Origin: Candidatus Competibacteraceae bacterium
GTDB taxonomy: Bacteria > Bacteroidota > Bacteroidia > CAIKAF01
NCBI GenBank assembly: GCA_014879445.1
Contig: JACSSC010000018.1
Location: 64,706 to 128,705, forward strand
Direction: 5' to 3'
DNA length: 64,000 bases
Below the pieces are notes generated by a model. The model had not been told where the DNA came from. It was given only the letters and a program-made list of their open reading frames with translations, and made no database searches. Numbering within the stretch: position 1 is the stretch's first letter; each line of letters opens with the position of its first letter. The translations under genes were made by a program, and so were the position numbers. Shown here piece after piece: positions 19,826 to 30,748 of this stretch.

Positions 19826-19845
19826 ATTACAACAGTTTTATCCAA

Positions 19846-19875
19846 AAGCCGGAATTACCGTTCCGGCTTTTTTGT
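19846..19875 (+). terminator. Rho-independent terminator
   Basis: GCCGGAA-ttaccg-TTCCGGC followed by TTTTTT, directly after the stop codon. Confidence 0.7.
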
Positions 19876-19906
19876 ATTTTTGAATTGAAAACTAAAATGA
19901 ATTAAG

Positions 19907-21724
19907 ATGAAAAAAGTTTTATTTTTAGCATTATTGATTACATTTTCCGGCATATATGCACAGAATGTGCATCGTTGTGGAACGGAATATATTGTTCAAA
20001 AAGCGCTTCAAGAGAATCCTTCGATACAATTTAACATTGACGAGTTGGAGCAGTTTACAGAACAGTGGATAAAGGATAATCCGATTGGCACAGACAAAGC
20101 CCTATTTGTTCGCATTCCGGTGGTTGTTCATATTGTATATAACACATCTGCTGAGAACTTGAGTGATGCCCGAATTCAATCACAAATAGATGTATTAAAT
20201 GCAGATTTTCGCCGATTGAATTCTGATGCGTCTAATACTCCATCTGCATTTCAAAGTGTAGCAGCTGATGTAGAAATTGAATTTTGTTTGGCCTCAAAAG
20301 ATCCTTATGGGGCATCCACTAATGGCATAACGCGTACATCAACTTCTGTTACCAGTTTTGATATAAACAACGACTATATCAAATTTAGCAGTCAGGGAGG
20401 TAAAGACGCTTGGCCATCCAATAAATATCTCAACATTTGGGTTGGTGATATTAGTGGAGGGATATTGGGTTATGCAACCCCCCCGGGTGTTTTTCCCGCC
20501 AATCAGGATGGTGTGGTCATTAGCTATCAGTATTTTGGCACTTCAGCATATGGAGCTGTTGCTCCATATAATAAAGGTCGCACGGCAACCCATGAAGTGG
20601 GGCATTGGTTGAATCTGAAACATATATGGGGAGATGATGGGACCAGTTGTTCCGGCTCCGACAATGTAAGTGATACCCCAAATCAAGCAGGCGAAAATTA
20701 TGGATGTCCAACATTTCCCAAAACGGATGCATGTACACCAACATCGCCAGGCGTGATGTTTATGAATTATATGGATTATACAGATGATGCGTGTATGAAT
20801 ATGTTTACAGCAGGCCAGAAGACGCGCATGCAGGCAGCTGTTAGTGCTAGCCGCAGTGGCTTATTAACCTCTGACGGATGCTCGGGCGGAGGTGGTGGAA
20901 CAGGGACTTGTGACACTTTGAGCAATTGGACAGCAGGAGATGCACAAGCTTTATATGCTGTTCAAAGTCCGGGAACAGGTTATATTTCTGGTCATAATAG
21001 CTATAGCGACAAAGCGAAAGCAGAGCGTTTTGCCAATGTAGGGAGCAACAAACAGGTAACTAAAATCTTTTTCAAATTTGGTGCTGCAGAGAATTATGAT
21101 GCCAATTCTACAGTAGCGGCTGCGCTTTGGTCTGATGCTTCAGGAAGCCCTAGCACACAGCTTACTTCTGTGAATATGCCTGTGTCCACCATAGCATCGC
21201 ATGTTTCGGGAGGCCAATACACTTTATTGACGCTTACCAGCCCAGTTGCCGTAGGAAATAATTTTTTTGCAGGGATTAAGTTGACATATTCAGGATCTTT
21301 GACAGTTGCACTTTATACATCAACCGATGGAGATCAAGTGCCAGCTACTGCATGGGAACAATTTTCTGATAATAGTTGGTATCGTTTTGATAATTCCTCT
21401 TCTTGGGGAGTAAATGTTTCTTTGGCTGTATTCCCGGTTGTATGTGATGCTACACTTGGCACAGAGTCAGTAGCCGGAATTGGAGATGTGCAGGTTTTTC
21501 CAAATCCAACCGATGGGATTATACAAATGATTTTGCCAGAGACAAAAACGTACAACTTGTATGTGTATGACATGATGGGTCGATTGGTTCAGTCAGAAAG
21601 AATTGCAAACGAGGGAGATTTTGCGCACTCTATAGACCTGTCATCACATCCTAACGGATTTTATTTTGTAGAGATACGTCAGGAGAACAAGAGTATTACC
21701 AAGAAGATTATTCTTAGTCGCTAA
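19907..21724 (+). CDS. M43 (pappalysin/cytophagalysin-like) zinc metalloprotease with T9SS C-terminal domain
   Basis: Signal peptide plus 'HEVGHWLNLKHIWGD' (HExxHxxxxxH, the metzincin M43 pattern). C-terminal CTD 'VFPNPTDGIIQM...FYFVEIRQENKSITKKIILSR'. Confidence 0.75.
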   Translation: MKKVLFLALLITFSGIYAQNVHRCGTEYIVQKALQENPSIQFNIDELEQFTEQWIKDNPIGTDKALFVRIPVVVHIVYNTSAENLSDARIQSQIDVLNADFRRLNSDASNTPSAFQSVAADVEIEFCLASKDPYGASTNGITRTSTSVTSFDINNDYIKFSSQGGKDAWPSNKYLNIWVGDISGGILGYATPPGVFPANQDGVVISYQYFGTSAYGAVAPYNKGRTATHEVGHWLNLKHIWGDDGTSCSGSDNVSDTPNQAGENYGCPTFPKTDACTPTSPGVMFMNYMDYTDDACMNMFTAGQKTRMQAAVSASRSGLLTSDGCSGGGGGTGTCDTLSNWTAGDAQALYAVQSPGTGYISGHNSYSDKAKAERFANVGSNKQVTKIFFKFGAAENYDANSTVAAALWSDASGSPSTQLTSVNMPVSTIASHVSGGQYTLLTLTSPVAVGNNFFAGIKLTYSGSLTVALYTSTDGDQVPATAWEQFSDNSWYRFDNSSSWGVNVSLAVFPVVCDATLGTESVAGIGDVQVFPNPTDGIIQMILPETKTYNLYVYDMMGRLVQSERIANEGDFAHSIDLSSHPNGFYFVEIRQENKSITKKIILSR

Positions 21725-21842
21725 CGTGGGAATATCAACATTAACTTCACAATTATTACATTCAACAAAAACCTGCCAGTTGGCTGTGGCAGGTTTTTCT
21801 TTACCCGATCAATCCAATTTTACTTTCTTTATTCAGGATCTT

Positions 21843-22814
21843 ATGCTTCCGTACGGAAAGTTAGAGAATCAGGAATACTGGGTATTCCCTTTTCAGGAGA
21901 AAACAGACAGCCCTTTTGTGAGATTGCAACCACACTATGTATGTAACGAAAACACATTACCAAAGGAAGTTGTTGAAAAACTAAAATTAGCCAATTCACA
22001 TTCTTACTGGGATTATGCACACAAGAAACCAATTCTAAGCACGCAAGAGAGATTTGTTAATGATGTAGAAAAAATTAAATTTTGGATACAAGAGGGGAGA
22101 ATAGAAAAGATGATGATATCATCGGTTCGAGAAGAAGAGTTGCGAGAAAATTTTTCTATTGCACAAGTGTTAGATTCGCTTCGACGTGCATATCCAAGCG
22201 CATATATTTCATATATTTCTACGCCATATACAGGAACTTGGATAGGTGCAACACCTGAAGTATTATTGAATTGTATTCACCAACACGGAGAAACTGTTTC
22301 TTTGGCAGGAACACAATCCCAATTATTTGAGCAGGACTGGGGAGAAAAAGAGAAAAAGGAACAGGATATCGTTTCACGTTTTATAGAAGAAGAGATGAGC
22401 CATGTAGTGCAAGGAGCTATTCAACGCGAAGGGCCAGTAACCATAACAGTGGGAGAATTGAGGCATCTGCAAACGCGCTTTTCGTTTGATTTATGCAATT
22501 TGCCTACGTCGGAAGAGGTTTTTCAATTAGCCCTTCGATTGCATCCAACGCCGGCTGTTGGGGTTTATCCTAAGCATGCATTGCAAATGTTATATCAAGC
22601 TGAGCAACACGAAAGATTATATTATGCAGGATTTATGGGCCCGGTATGTAAAGAAGAAGCCCGCTTGTTTGTCAATCTTCGCTGCATGCAGCTAATACAA
22701 AACAAAGCGTATATTTATTCAGGAGCCGGAATTACAGCTGATTCTGACCCCCATGCAGAATGGATAGAGACAGAAAATAAGGCCCTATCAATACGCATGG
22801 CCTTTGGAAGATAA
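21843..22814 (+). CDS. menF: Isochorismate synthase (menaquinone-specific)
   Basis: Chorismate-binding C-terminal signature 'YYAGFMGP...SGAGITADSDPHAEWIETENK'. The start is uncertain: the ORF is open from 21726, one base after the protease stop. Confidence 0.6.
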   Translation: MLPYGKLENQEYWVFPFQEKTDSPFVRLQPHYVCNENTLPKEVVEKLKLANSHSYWDYAHKKPILSTQERFVNDVEKIKFWIQEGRIEKMMISSVREEELRENFSIAQVLDSLRRAYPSAYISYISTPYTGTWIGATPEVLLNCIHQHGETVSLAGTQSQLFEQDWGEKEKKEQDIVSRFIEEEMSHVVQGAIQREGPVTITVGELRHLQTRFSFDLCNLPTSEEVFQLALRLHPTPAVGVYPKHALQMLYQAEQHERLYYAGFMGPVCKEEARLFVNLRCMQLIQNKAYIYSGAGITADSDPHAEWIETENKALSIRMAFGR

Positions 22815-22843
22815 AATACAGCTCTTTTACTACCTTTAACGCG

Positions 22844-24511
22844 ATGAATGCATCAAGCAAAAACACACCGACTATAGCAGCTATTTGCGCAGCTCACGGG
22901 GTAGAGAATGTGATCATTTGTCCGGGATCGCGCTCTGCGCCAATTACACTTGCTTTTGTACGCTCTCAAAAATTCTTATGCCATACAGTAGTTGATGAGC
23001 GTACGGCAGGATATATAGCTTTGGGCATGGCTCAGCAAACACAGCAACCGGTGGTTATTATTTGCACATCAGGCACGGCTGCTCTTAATCTTTCACCTGC
23101 ATTGGCAGAAGCTTTTTATGCACGTGTGCCATTAATAGTACTAACAGCTGATAGGCCAGAGGCCTGGATTGATCAAGGAGATGGACAAACCATTCGTCAA
23201 GCACGCATTTTTGAATCATTTACCATCAAATCATATCATCTTTCTGGCGATAATTATCATTCAGAGAACCTGTGGCATGTGCAACGCAGCGTCAACGAGG
23301 CATTGATTTTTGCTAAAAGCAGAAAAGGGCCGGTACATATAAATTTGTCATTGTGCGAACCATTGTATGACGTTCCTATTTTATCAGACAACACGATTCA
23401 CATAGTTAAATCTGCATATGAAAGTGTTGCGAGTTATGAAGAAATTCCCATGCCTCAAGATTTAAAGCTATGGGTGTTGGTAGGGCAGCAACAAACAGAT
23501 GCTCAAACAGCATATATATTAGAGAAAGGAATTCGTGATTACAATTGGGTTGTAGTTGCCGAATCGCTTGCTAATTTATTTATTCCTTCGTCTATACAAA
23601 ACATTCAGGAAACCATAGCTTCGGGAACCTCTCATTTGCAACCGCCCAATGTTTTACTCAGTATAGGGGGTGCAATCATTTCAAAAAAACTTAAGCAATA
23701 TCTTCGTTCGCTTGAAACCTTAACGCACATTCATGTTGATGATAGAGAAGAGTTGATGGATACTTTTTGTCACTTGTCATATCAATACAAAGGCACGGCA
23801 ATGTCTTTTTTATCAAAGTTTATAGAGTTGCCACGAGTTTCCGAAAAGGATTTTTTCGAACAATGGATGATACAATCCCAGATAGCACAGTCGGCGGTAC
23901 ACACATTTTATGGAATTGCTCCGTATTCAGATTGGACGGCATTTCACTGTTTATTATCTGCCATTCCAGCCCATTCGGTATTGCACTTAGGGAATAGCAC
24001 ACCGGTTCGCTATGCCCAGATTTTTCATGCTACTCGAACCACTTCGATAATCTCATTTTGCAATCGAGGGGTAAGCGGAATAGATGGTATTGTGAGTACT
24101 GCTGTAGGTCATGCATTAGCAGATTGTAGGCGAAAGCATTATGTGATAACCGGAGATTTATCAATGCAATATGATATGAATTCGTTGTGGGTTGAAAGGT
24201 TTCCTGAGAATTTAACGATCATAATTATTAATAATCGGGGAGGTTCTATTTTTCGATTGATAGAAGGTGCTCAAAATGTTGAAGAGTTAGAAAATTACTT
24301 TGAAACCCGTCATCAGATTAACTCTTTTAAACACATGGCCAAGCATTTTGGTATTTCATATATGTGTTGCAAGGATTTGAATTCGCTAGAAAATGCTTGT
24401 CATAATTTAACAGAAACAACAGCCGCCATAATTGAAATACAAACTAACCCTGAAATTTCGGCACAAACATTTGCAGATTTTTATCAATATTTACGAAAAA
24501 ATTCTAGATAA
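22844..24511 (+). CDS. menD: 2-succinyl-5-enolpyruvyl-6-hydroxy-3-cyclohexene-1-carboxylate synthase
   Basis: TPP-enzyme N-terminus '[23 protein letters not shown]', about 555 aa, located between menF and menB. Confidence 0.8.
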   Translation: MNASSKNTPTIAAICAAHGVENVIICPGSRSAPITLAFVRSQKFLCHTVVDERTAGYIALGMAQQTQQPVVIICTSGTAALNLSPALAEAFYARVPLIVLTADRPEAWIDQGDGQTIRQARIFESFTIKSYHLSGDNYHSENLWHVQRSVNEALIFAKSRKGPVHINLSLCEPLYDVPILSDNTIHIVKSAYESVASYEEIPMPQDLKLWVLVGQQQTDAQTAYILEKGIRDYNWVVVAESLANLFIPSSIQNIQETIASGTSHLQPPNVLLSIGGAIISKKLKQYLRSLETLTHIHVDDREELMDTFCHLSYQYKGTAMSFLSKFIELPRVSEKDFFEQWMIQSQIAQSAVHTFYGIAPYSDWTAFHCLLSAIPAHSVLHLGNSTPVRYAQIFHATRTTSIISFCNRGVSGIDGIVSTAVGHALADCRRKHYVITGDLSMQYDMNSLWVERFPENLTIIIINNRGGSIFRLIEGAQNVEELENYFETRHQINSFKHMAKHFGISYMCCKDLNSLENACHNLTETTAAIIEIQTNPEISAQTFADFYQYLRKNSR

Positions 24512-24512
24512 C

Positions 24513-25334
24513 ATGACAACATATCAATGGACAACACTTAAGCAGTATCAAGAGATTACATTTGATTTTTGCGAAGGCATAGCACGAATTTGTATAAATC
24601 GGCCCCACAAACGGAATGCATTCACTCCATTAACGGTGCATGAGATGATTGATGCCATGCATATATGTAGAGACAATATGGATATTCGCAGCATCATATT
24701 AACCGGAGCAGGAGATGAAGCATTTTGCAGCGGAGGAGATCAGAGTGTTAGAGGACATGGAGGGTATATAGGAAGAGACATGGTGCCTCGTCTAAATGTA
24801 TTAGATTTGCAAAAGCTTATTCGCTCGATTCCCAAAGTTGTGATTGCTATGGTTAAAGGATATGCCATAGGGGGTGGACATGTGTTACATGTTGTATGTG
24901 ACCTGACGATTGCTGCAGAAAATGCACGTTTTGGACAAACTGGGCCTATGGTCGGAAGTTTTGATGGTGGTTTTGGCGCTTCATACTTGGCTCGTATCGT
25001 GGGTCAGAAAAAAGCACGAGAGATATGGTATCTCTGTGACCAGTATGATGCAAAGGAAGCATTGGATATGGGGTTGGTGAATAAAGTAGTGCCAGTACAT
25101 CAGGTTGAAGAGGAAACGGTGAAATGGTGTAAAAAAATTATGGAAAAAAGTCCAATAGCTATTCGTATGCTTAAATCATCTTTCAATGCAGAGCTTGATG
25201 GGCAAGCAGGCATTCAGGAGTTGGCAGGGAATGCTACACTTTTATATTATTTGAGTGAAGAGGCAAAAGAAGGGAAGAATGCATTTATAGAAAAACGCAA
25301 ACCGGACTTTAATAAATTTCCGAAGTTCCCTTAA
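24513..25334 (+). CDS. menB: 1,4-dihydroxy-2-naphthoyl-CoA synthase
   Basis: Crotonase fold with '[23 protein letters not shown]...[13 protein letters not shown]'. Its start overlaps the menD stop. Confidence 0.85.
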   Translation: MTTYQWTTLKQYQEITFDFCEGIARICINRPHKRNAFTPLTVHEMIDAMHICRDNMDIRSIILTGAGDEAFCSGGDQSVRGHGGYIGRDMVPRLNVLDLQKLIRSIPKVVIAMVKGYAIGGGHVLHVVCDLTIAAENARFGQTGPMVGSFDGGFGASYLARIVGQKKAREIWYLCDQYDAKEALDMGLVNKVVPVHQVEEETVKWCKKIMEKSPIAIRMLKSSFNAELDGQAGIQELAGNATLLYYLSEEAKEGKNAFIEKRKPDFNKFPKFP

Positions 25335-25483
25335 TGCAGATACAGGAGTTAGCGGAATGGCTTGAATAATTTTTTTAATTATTAAAATCACACGAAACTG
25401 TTTTTTTCATTTTTATAATTTGGGATTAAACAAATCGAAATTCAACAGTTCAGATAAAAAACTTTTATTCAAAGCAGGGGTCA

Positions 25484-26410
25484 ATGAGCAATAACAAAAA
25501 TTATGTAAACGAGTGGCGTTGGAGTGCTTGGATACATGCTGCACGACTTCGTACTTTGCCATTGGCAATTTGTGGTTTGGTTGTTGGAAATATGTTGGCC
25601 TTACATTATGGCAGATTTGATGCTTTAATTTTGGGGTTATCAGTATCTACGGCATTATTGCTTCAAATCCTTTCAAACTTTGCTAACGATTATGGAGATT
25701 TTATAAAAGGCACTGATAACGTACACCGCACTGGGCCTGTTCGAACGCTGCAAAGTGGCGCCATTAATGCTCGACAAATGCGAAGGGCACTTGCAATTTT
25801 TTCCCTTCTTTCGTTCATGTCAGGACTGGCTTTGTTGTGGGTGAGTTTGCCCGGATTGAATTGGAAAGATGGCCTGTTCTTTTTATTGCTGGGGTTGGCT
25901 TCCATAGCAGCAGCTATTTTTTATACTATTGGAAAGAATGCATATGGTTATCGAGGATTGGGAGATGTTTTTGTATTTGTTTTTTTTGGTTGGGTAGCCG
26001 TTACTGGCAGTTTTTATCTTCAATTTAAATCAATGGAGCCGTTGGTTTTATTACCTGCTACAGCGATTGGGCTATTTGCGGCAGGAGTATTAAATATGAA
26101 TAACCTGCGAGATATAGAAAATGATAAAGCTTATGGCAAGATAACTTTGCCTGTTCGGATGGGGATGAAAGGAGCCATTGCTTATCATTATTTTTTAATC
26201 ATAGGGGGAAGTGTTGCTGCAATTTTTTTTCAGTATTATGTATTTGGAGCATATCAAACGCTACTCCTTTCACCTTTGTTGGTAGTAATTCCACATTTGA
26301 TTCGAATATCTATACGGCCTATTCCTCGCATGTTTGATCAGCAGCTGAAAATGGTTGTTCTCATTACACTGATGTACACAATTGGTCTTTCGTTGTCTGT
26401 GATTCTATAG
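25484..26410 (+). CDS. menA: 1,4-dihydroxy-2-naphthoate polyprenyltransferase (UbiA family)
   Basis: Polytopic membrane protein carrying the UbiA-type Asp-rich motif 'NFANDYGDFIKGTD'. Confidence 0.8.
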   Translation: MSNNKNYVNEWRWSAWIHAARLRTLPLAICGLVVGNMLALHYGRFDALILGLSVSTALLLQILSNFANDYGDFIKGTDNVHRTGPVRTLQSGAINARQMRRALAIFSLLSFMSGLALLWVSLPGLNWKDGLFFLLLGLASIAAAIFYTIGKNAYGYRGLGDVFVFVFFGWVAVTGSFYLQFKSMEPLVLLPATAIGLFAAGVLNMNNLRDIENDKAYGKITLPVRMGMKGAIAYHYFLIIGGSVAAIFFQYYVFGAYQTLLLSPLLVVIPHLIRISIRPIPRMFDQQLKMVVLITLMYTIGLSLSVIL

Positions 26411-26414
26411 TATT

Positions 26415-28436
26415 TTATTCTGGAAATTCAGAAAGCAGTTTTTGTAGTTCAAACATTTCATCTCTTAGAATCGCGGCCTCAACAAAATCGAGTTTGCGAG
26501 CTGCCTCTTCCATTTTTTTTCGCAGATTGTTTATGCTTTTTTGCACATCTGTTCGGGTCTTGTAAAGCATTTTTTCTTCAGCCGCTATTGAAAGTTCATC
26601 AGGTTGAACATAATAATTTTCTTTACCAGCACCGGCAATTTGGGTTTGTTGCCATATCGTTTCTTTTGACTTTGTCAAAGGGTGAGGAGTAAGATTATGC
26701 TTAATATTATGTGCAATTTGCTTTTCACGCCTCCTTTCGGTTTCATCAATGGCTTTTTGCATGCTTTCTGTTGTTTTGTCGGCATACATGATAACGCGCC
26801 CATTGATATTTCTGGCAGCTCTGCCAATGGTTTGTATCAAAGACCGGTGATTACGAAGAAACCCTTCTTTGTCGGCGTCCAGAATGGCAACAAGAGACAC
26901 TTCAGGAAGGTCTAACCCTTCTCGAAGCAAGTTTACACCCACCAACACATCAAAAATACCAAGTCGTAAATCGCGGAGAATTTCTACCCGTTCTAATGTG
27001 TCAATCTCCGAATGTATATATCTGCATCTTATATGAAGTTTAGATAAATACTTGAACAATTCTTCAGCCATGCGTTTAGTAAGCGTAGTTACCAGCACCC
27101 GTTCATCAATGCGAGTACATTTTTCAATTTCATGTAGCAGATTATCCACCTGATTTACGGAAGGCCTGACTTCAATAATGGGGTCAAGCAGTCCTGTCGG
27201 GCGAATAACTTGTTCAACAAATACGCCTTGGGATTGTTGCAATTCATAATCACCAGGAGTGGCACTAACATAAATGACCTGATTGATTAAGCTCTCAAAC
27301 TCTTCAAAACGTAGTGGCCGATTGTCAAGAGCTGCAGGCAAGCGGAATCCGTATTCAACCAAATTAACTTTTCTGTGTCGGTCACCGTTATACATGGCAC
27401 GAAGCTGGGGAATCGTTACATGACTTTCATCAATTATCATCAGCCAATCTTCAGGAAAGTAGTCAAGTAGGCAGAAAGGTCTAGTTCCAGATTTTCTACC
27501 ATCAAAATAGCGGGAGTAGTTTTCAATTCCAGAGCAGTATCCCAGTTCTTTAATCATTTCCATATCATATTCAACACGTTGTTCAAGTCGTTTGGCTTCA
27601 AGGTGTTTTCCTGTTTCTTTAAAGTGTTGAACCTGTGCAACCATGTCGTCTTGTATAATTCGAATGGCTTGCGTGATGCGTTCACGCGTAGTAACAAAAA
27701 GATTAGCTGGATTAATAACAAACTGATTTAGTTTTTCCAAGGATTTTCCGGTAAAAGGATCAATCATTTCTATTTCTTCTATTTCATCACCCCAGAAGTA
27801 AAAACGAACAGCATTGTCAGCATAGGCAAGGTACACATCAACGGAGTCGCCTATTACTCGAAAGGTTCCTCTCTTAAATTCAAATTCCGTTCTAAAATAC
27901 ATGGCATCGGCAAGGCGAAGCAAAAAATGATTGCGACTGATGCGTTCCCCTTTTTTTATTCGGATACTTTGTTCATAGAAATCTTCTGGATTTCCCATGC
28001 CGTATATACATGAGACAGAAGCTACAACTAGAATATCTTGACGTCCGGAAAGCAGAGCGGACGTTGTGCTGAGGCGAAGTTTTTCGATTTCATCATTAAT
28101 TGAAAGGTCTTTTTCTATGTATGTGTCTGAAGATGGTATATATGCTTCGGGCTGATAATAGTCATAGTATGAAACAAAATACTCTACTGCGTTTTGTGGG
28201 AAATACTGTTTAAATTCACCATACAATTGTGCGGCTAATGTCTTGTTATGGCTTAAAACCAGTGTTGGTTTGCGAATTTTTTCCACAACATTTGCGACCG
28301 TAAATGTTTTACCTGTACCTGTTGCTCCCAGTAGTGTTTGAAAGCGTTCCCCTTGTTTAAGGCCGAGCATTAATTGCCGAATAGCTTCGGGCTGATCTCC
28401 TGTAGGATTGTATGCTGATACTAGTTGAAAATCCAT
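26415..28436 (-). CDS. uvrB: Excinuclease ABC subunit B
   Basis: 'GATGTGKTFT' Walker A, helicase motifs, and a C-terminal UVR domain '...EAAILRDEMFELQ'. Confidence 0.95.
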   Translation of the reverse strand: MDFQLVSAYNPTGDQPEAIRQLMLGLKQGERFQTLLGATGTGKTFTVANVVEKIRKPTLVLSHNKTLAAQLYGEFKQYFPQNAVEYFVSYYDYYQPEAYIPSSDTYIEKDLSINDEIEKLRLSTTSALLSGRQDILVVASVSCIYGMGNPEDFYEQSIRIKKGERISRNHFLLRLADAMYFRTEFEFKRGTFRVIGDSVDVYLAYADNAVRFYFWGDEIEEIEMIDPFTGKSLEKLNQFVINPANLFVTTRERITQAIRIIQDDMVAQVQHFKETGKHLEAKRLEQRVEYDMEMIKELGYCSGIENYSRYFDGRKSGTRPFCLLDYFPEDWLMIIDESHVTIPQLRAMYNGDRHRKVNLVEYGFRLPAALDNRPLRFEEFESLINQVIYVSATPGDYELQQSQGVFVEQVIRPTGLLDPIIEVRPSVNQVDNLLHEIEKCTRIDERVLVTTLTKRMAEELFKYLSKLHIRCRYIHSEIDTLERVEILRDLRLGIFDVLVGVNLLREGLDLPEVSLVAILDADKEGFLRNHRSLIQTIGRAARNINGRVIMYADKTTESMQKAIDETERRREKQIAHNIKHNLTPHPLTKSKETIWQQTQIAGAGKENYYVQPDELSIAAEEKMLYKTRTDVQKSINNLRKKMEEAARKLDFVEAAILRDEMFELQKLLSEFPE

Positions 28437-28494
28437 ATTCTATGCTTGATGCAAAGGTACACGAAAATAAGCAGGGCGTGATTGGTAGGATTGT

Positions 28495-29175
28495 TTAATC
28501 TTTAATACAGCGACATGACATACCGTAATTAGTGCTGCCGCTTACTTTGATCAGGCGCGGGTCGTTTTGGTTAATAATAAAAAACCACGCCACGTTATCT
28601 TCTCGGATAGATGCCGACCAAAATGATGCATTAGATCCCATGTTGTCGAAAAACCCCATTGCATTTCTGAAGCCAGCTGGTAGCGCAGCAAAGGGCACAG
28701 CACCAATGGCGGGTTGATGTTTTAGATTCCATTTTTCGACAGCTTTTAGCTTTGCGCCTGCACCGGATGCTCCATCAAGGTATTGAATCAACTGTTCCCA
28801 TTCATAAACGGAGGGGATATGCCAGCCCCATGGGCAAATGCCACGCCAATTATATACAGCATGATAATTATACAAGAACCCCAATTGTTTGCCCAATAAT
28901 GAGTCGTTGTTATATGCACTTCTGGCGCCCTCTTTGGTAGTTTTCCACTTTTCGTTAGACGACATGTGTTGAATGGGGTCGCCATTTAAATATCGGGTTG
29001 TGCGCAGATTTTCCTTCATCCAGATTTGATTCCCGATGCGAACAGTACTATATACGTTACCATCAATATCAGTAACTGATAATGGGTATTGTGCTATTGT
29101 TCCTTTTATTACAAAAAGAGATGCAATAACAATTAGAAGTTGGCAATATTTTTTTTGCATCAAACAAATGTACAT
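28495..29175 (-). CDS. FISUMP (Fibrobacter succinogenes major paralogous) domain protein, secreted
   Basis: Signal peptide plus the signature 'IGNQIWMKENL'. Confidence 0.6.
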   Translation of the reverse strand: MYICLMQKKYCQLLIVIASLFVIKGTIAQYPLSVTDIDGNVYSTVRIGNQIWMKENLRTTRYLNGDPIQHMSSNEKWKTTKEGARSAYNNDSLLGKQLGFLYNYHAVYNWRGICPWGWHIPSVYEWEQLIQYLDGASGAGAKLKAVEKWNLKHQPAIGAVPFAALPAGFRNAMGFFDNMGSNASFWSASIREDNVAWFFIINQNDPRLIKVSGSTNYGMSCRCIKD

Positions 29176-29267
29176 CAGCTCATCACTAGATTGGGCTTAC
29201 ATTTTTAGTAAAATATAAACAGCCGATTATGAATAAATTCAAAAGAATGAATTTAGGAGTATTCTGA

Positions 29268-30746
29268 TTATTCAGCTACAATAATGCGATAAGCATATAT
29301 CTGAATTGGTGTAATAAGTTTGAGAATGTATGCACCCGGCATTAAATTCTGTAGCGAAATAGAGAGCGTAGGGCCTGATATAAATGAGGGGGTAGCATGT
29401 TTGATAGTTTGCCCTTGCATGTTGGTAATTTCAGCAGAAAGGATTTGATGAGCTTCATTGTGTAAATCAACATATATCATATTTGTAGCCGGATTAGGAT
29501 AGATACGGAGCTTTGGCGAGGAGATTTCGTTGGAGCCAACGGTTGGTGTAATGGCGGCTAATCCAGTGCTATCTGTTTTAGCGATAAAACAAGCGGAGCT
29601 TCCTGGTCCATAATTATCAATACGGCCTACCATCACATAACCATTATCATACGTTTTGCGAATATCATTAGTAAATTCGTCAGAAAGAGAGCCGATAATA
29701 CTACTGTATGAATATGTTCCAAATCCGTAATTGGTTCGTCGCAAGTTAATGTCAAAACTGGCAAAAGGGTTGTCTTTATATGTGTTCACAAGATAGAATG
29801 TGCCCCATGCTGCTTCATTCCGCACAATTGTTTTGCGTCTTTCGTATTGGTTGGAGGGATTTCCCTGTGTGGCATAGTTGAATATACCATTTGCAGTAAT
29901 GCGGCTTAAAGATTCTACAACAATGTCCTCGCCGGCATCATAAAAATTACCACCTATACAATACGACATATTATTTCCATTGTCGAAGTACATATCGCCA
30001 CTGCTAAACCATTCGTCGAGTGCCGTGCCGAAGGTTTTTGTAAACAAAGTATCGCCGGATTTATTCAATTTGATAAGATAATAATCACGTTGCCCGGCAC
30101 CATAGCTTAATGTACTTCCAGCTACAATTAAATTTGTATCACGGTCTTCGAAAATAACATTTGCGATATCGTCATCAGCTCCACCAATAGTTTGTTGCCA
30201 AATAAGCGAACCGTTAGGGCTAATTTTGATAACAAATACATCTTTATTTCCAGCGCCGAAGCTGCTTGTTTCACCTGTAATTACGATATTTCCATCATAT
30301 GTTGTGTCGGCAGATAATGCCAAATCCCAGTCAGGGCCGCCGAAGGTACGTGTCCAAATGGTATCTCCTGTTTGATTGATTCTAAGCACATAAAAGTCGT
30401 ATTGCCCGAATCCAAAGGAGTTGGTATGACCAACGATTATAAAGTCAGAAGAGTTAGGAACGGGAATAATGCATTTTGCCCATTCATTACCGTTTCCGCC
30501 GTATGTTTTCAACCAGGTTTGGTTTCCCAATTTATCAGTACGAAAAATAAGCAAATCTGTGCCGGCGACATTATATCCTGAAGTGGCGCCCACCACAACG
30601 AATCCGCTATCATTACAAGGCCAAACACTTTCAGCAGCATCGTATGCGCCGCTTCCGTAAGTACGAAAAAATGTGATGTCTTGAGCTTTGATGTTTACTG
30701 CACTTAAACACAACAGACAAAATATATATAAAGTTTTATGGTACAT
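29268..30746 (-). CDS. SBBP-type beta-propeller repeat protein with T9SS C-terminal domain
   Basis: Signal peptide, six or more ~50-aa repeats 'G..G.D.a..v..D..GNiv.GyT.SfG.G..D.f.iK....G...W..T.GG', and a CTD 'IYPNPATNMIYVDL...'. Confidence 0.6.
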   Translation of the reverse strand: MYHKTLYIFCLLCLSAVNIKAQDITFFRTYGSGAYDAAESVWPCNDSGFVVVGATSGYNVAGTDLLIFRTDKLGNQTWLKTYGGNGNEWAKCIIPVPNSSDFIIVGHTNSFGFGQYDFYVLRINQTGDTIWTRTFGGPDWDLALSADTTYDGNIVITGETSSFGAGNKDVFVIKISPNGSLIWQQTIGGADDDIANVIFEDRDTNLIVAGSTLSYGAGQRDYYLIKLNKSGDTLFTKTFGTALDEWFSSGDMYFDNGNNMSYCIGGNFYDAGEDIVVESLSRITANGIFNYATQGNPSNQYERRKTIVRNEAAWGTFYLVNTYKDNPFASFDINLRRTNYGFGTYSYSSIIGSLSDEFTNDIRKTYDNGYVMVGRIDNYGPGSSACFIAKTDSTGLAAITPTVGSNEISSPKLRIYPNPATNMIYVDLHNEAHQILSAEITNMQGQTIKHATPSFISGPTLSISLQNLMPGAYILKLITPIQIYAYRIIVAE

Positions 30747-30748
30747 AT

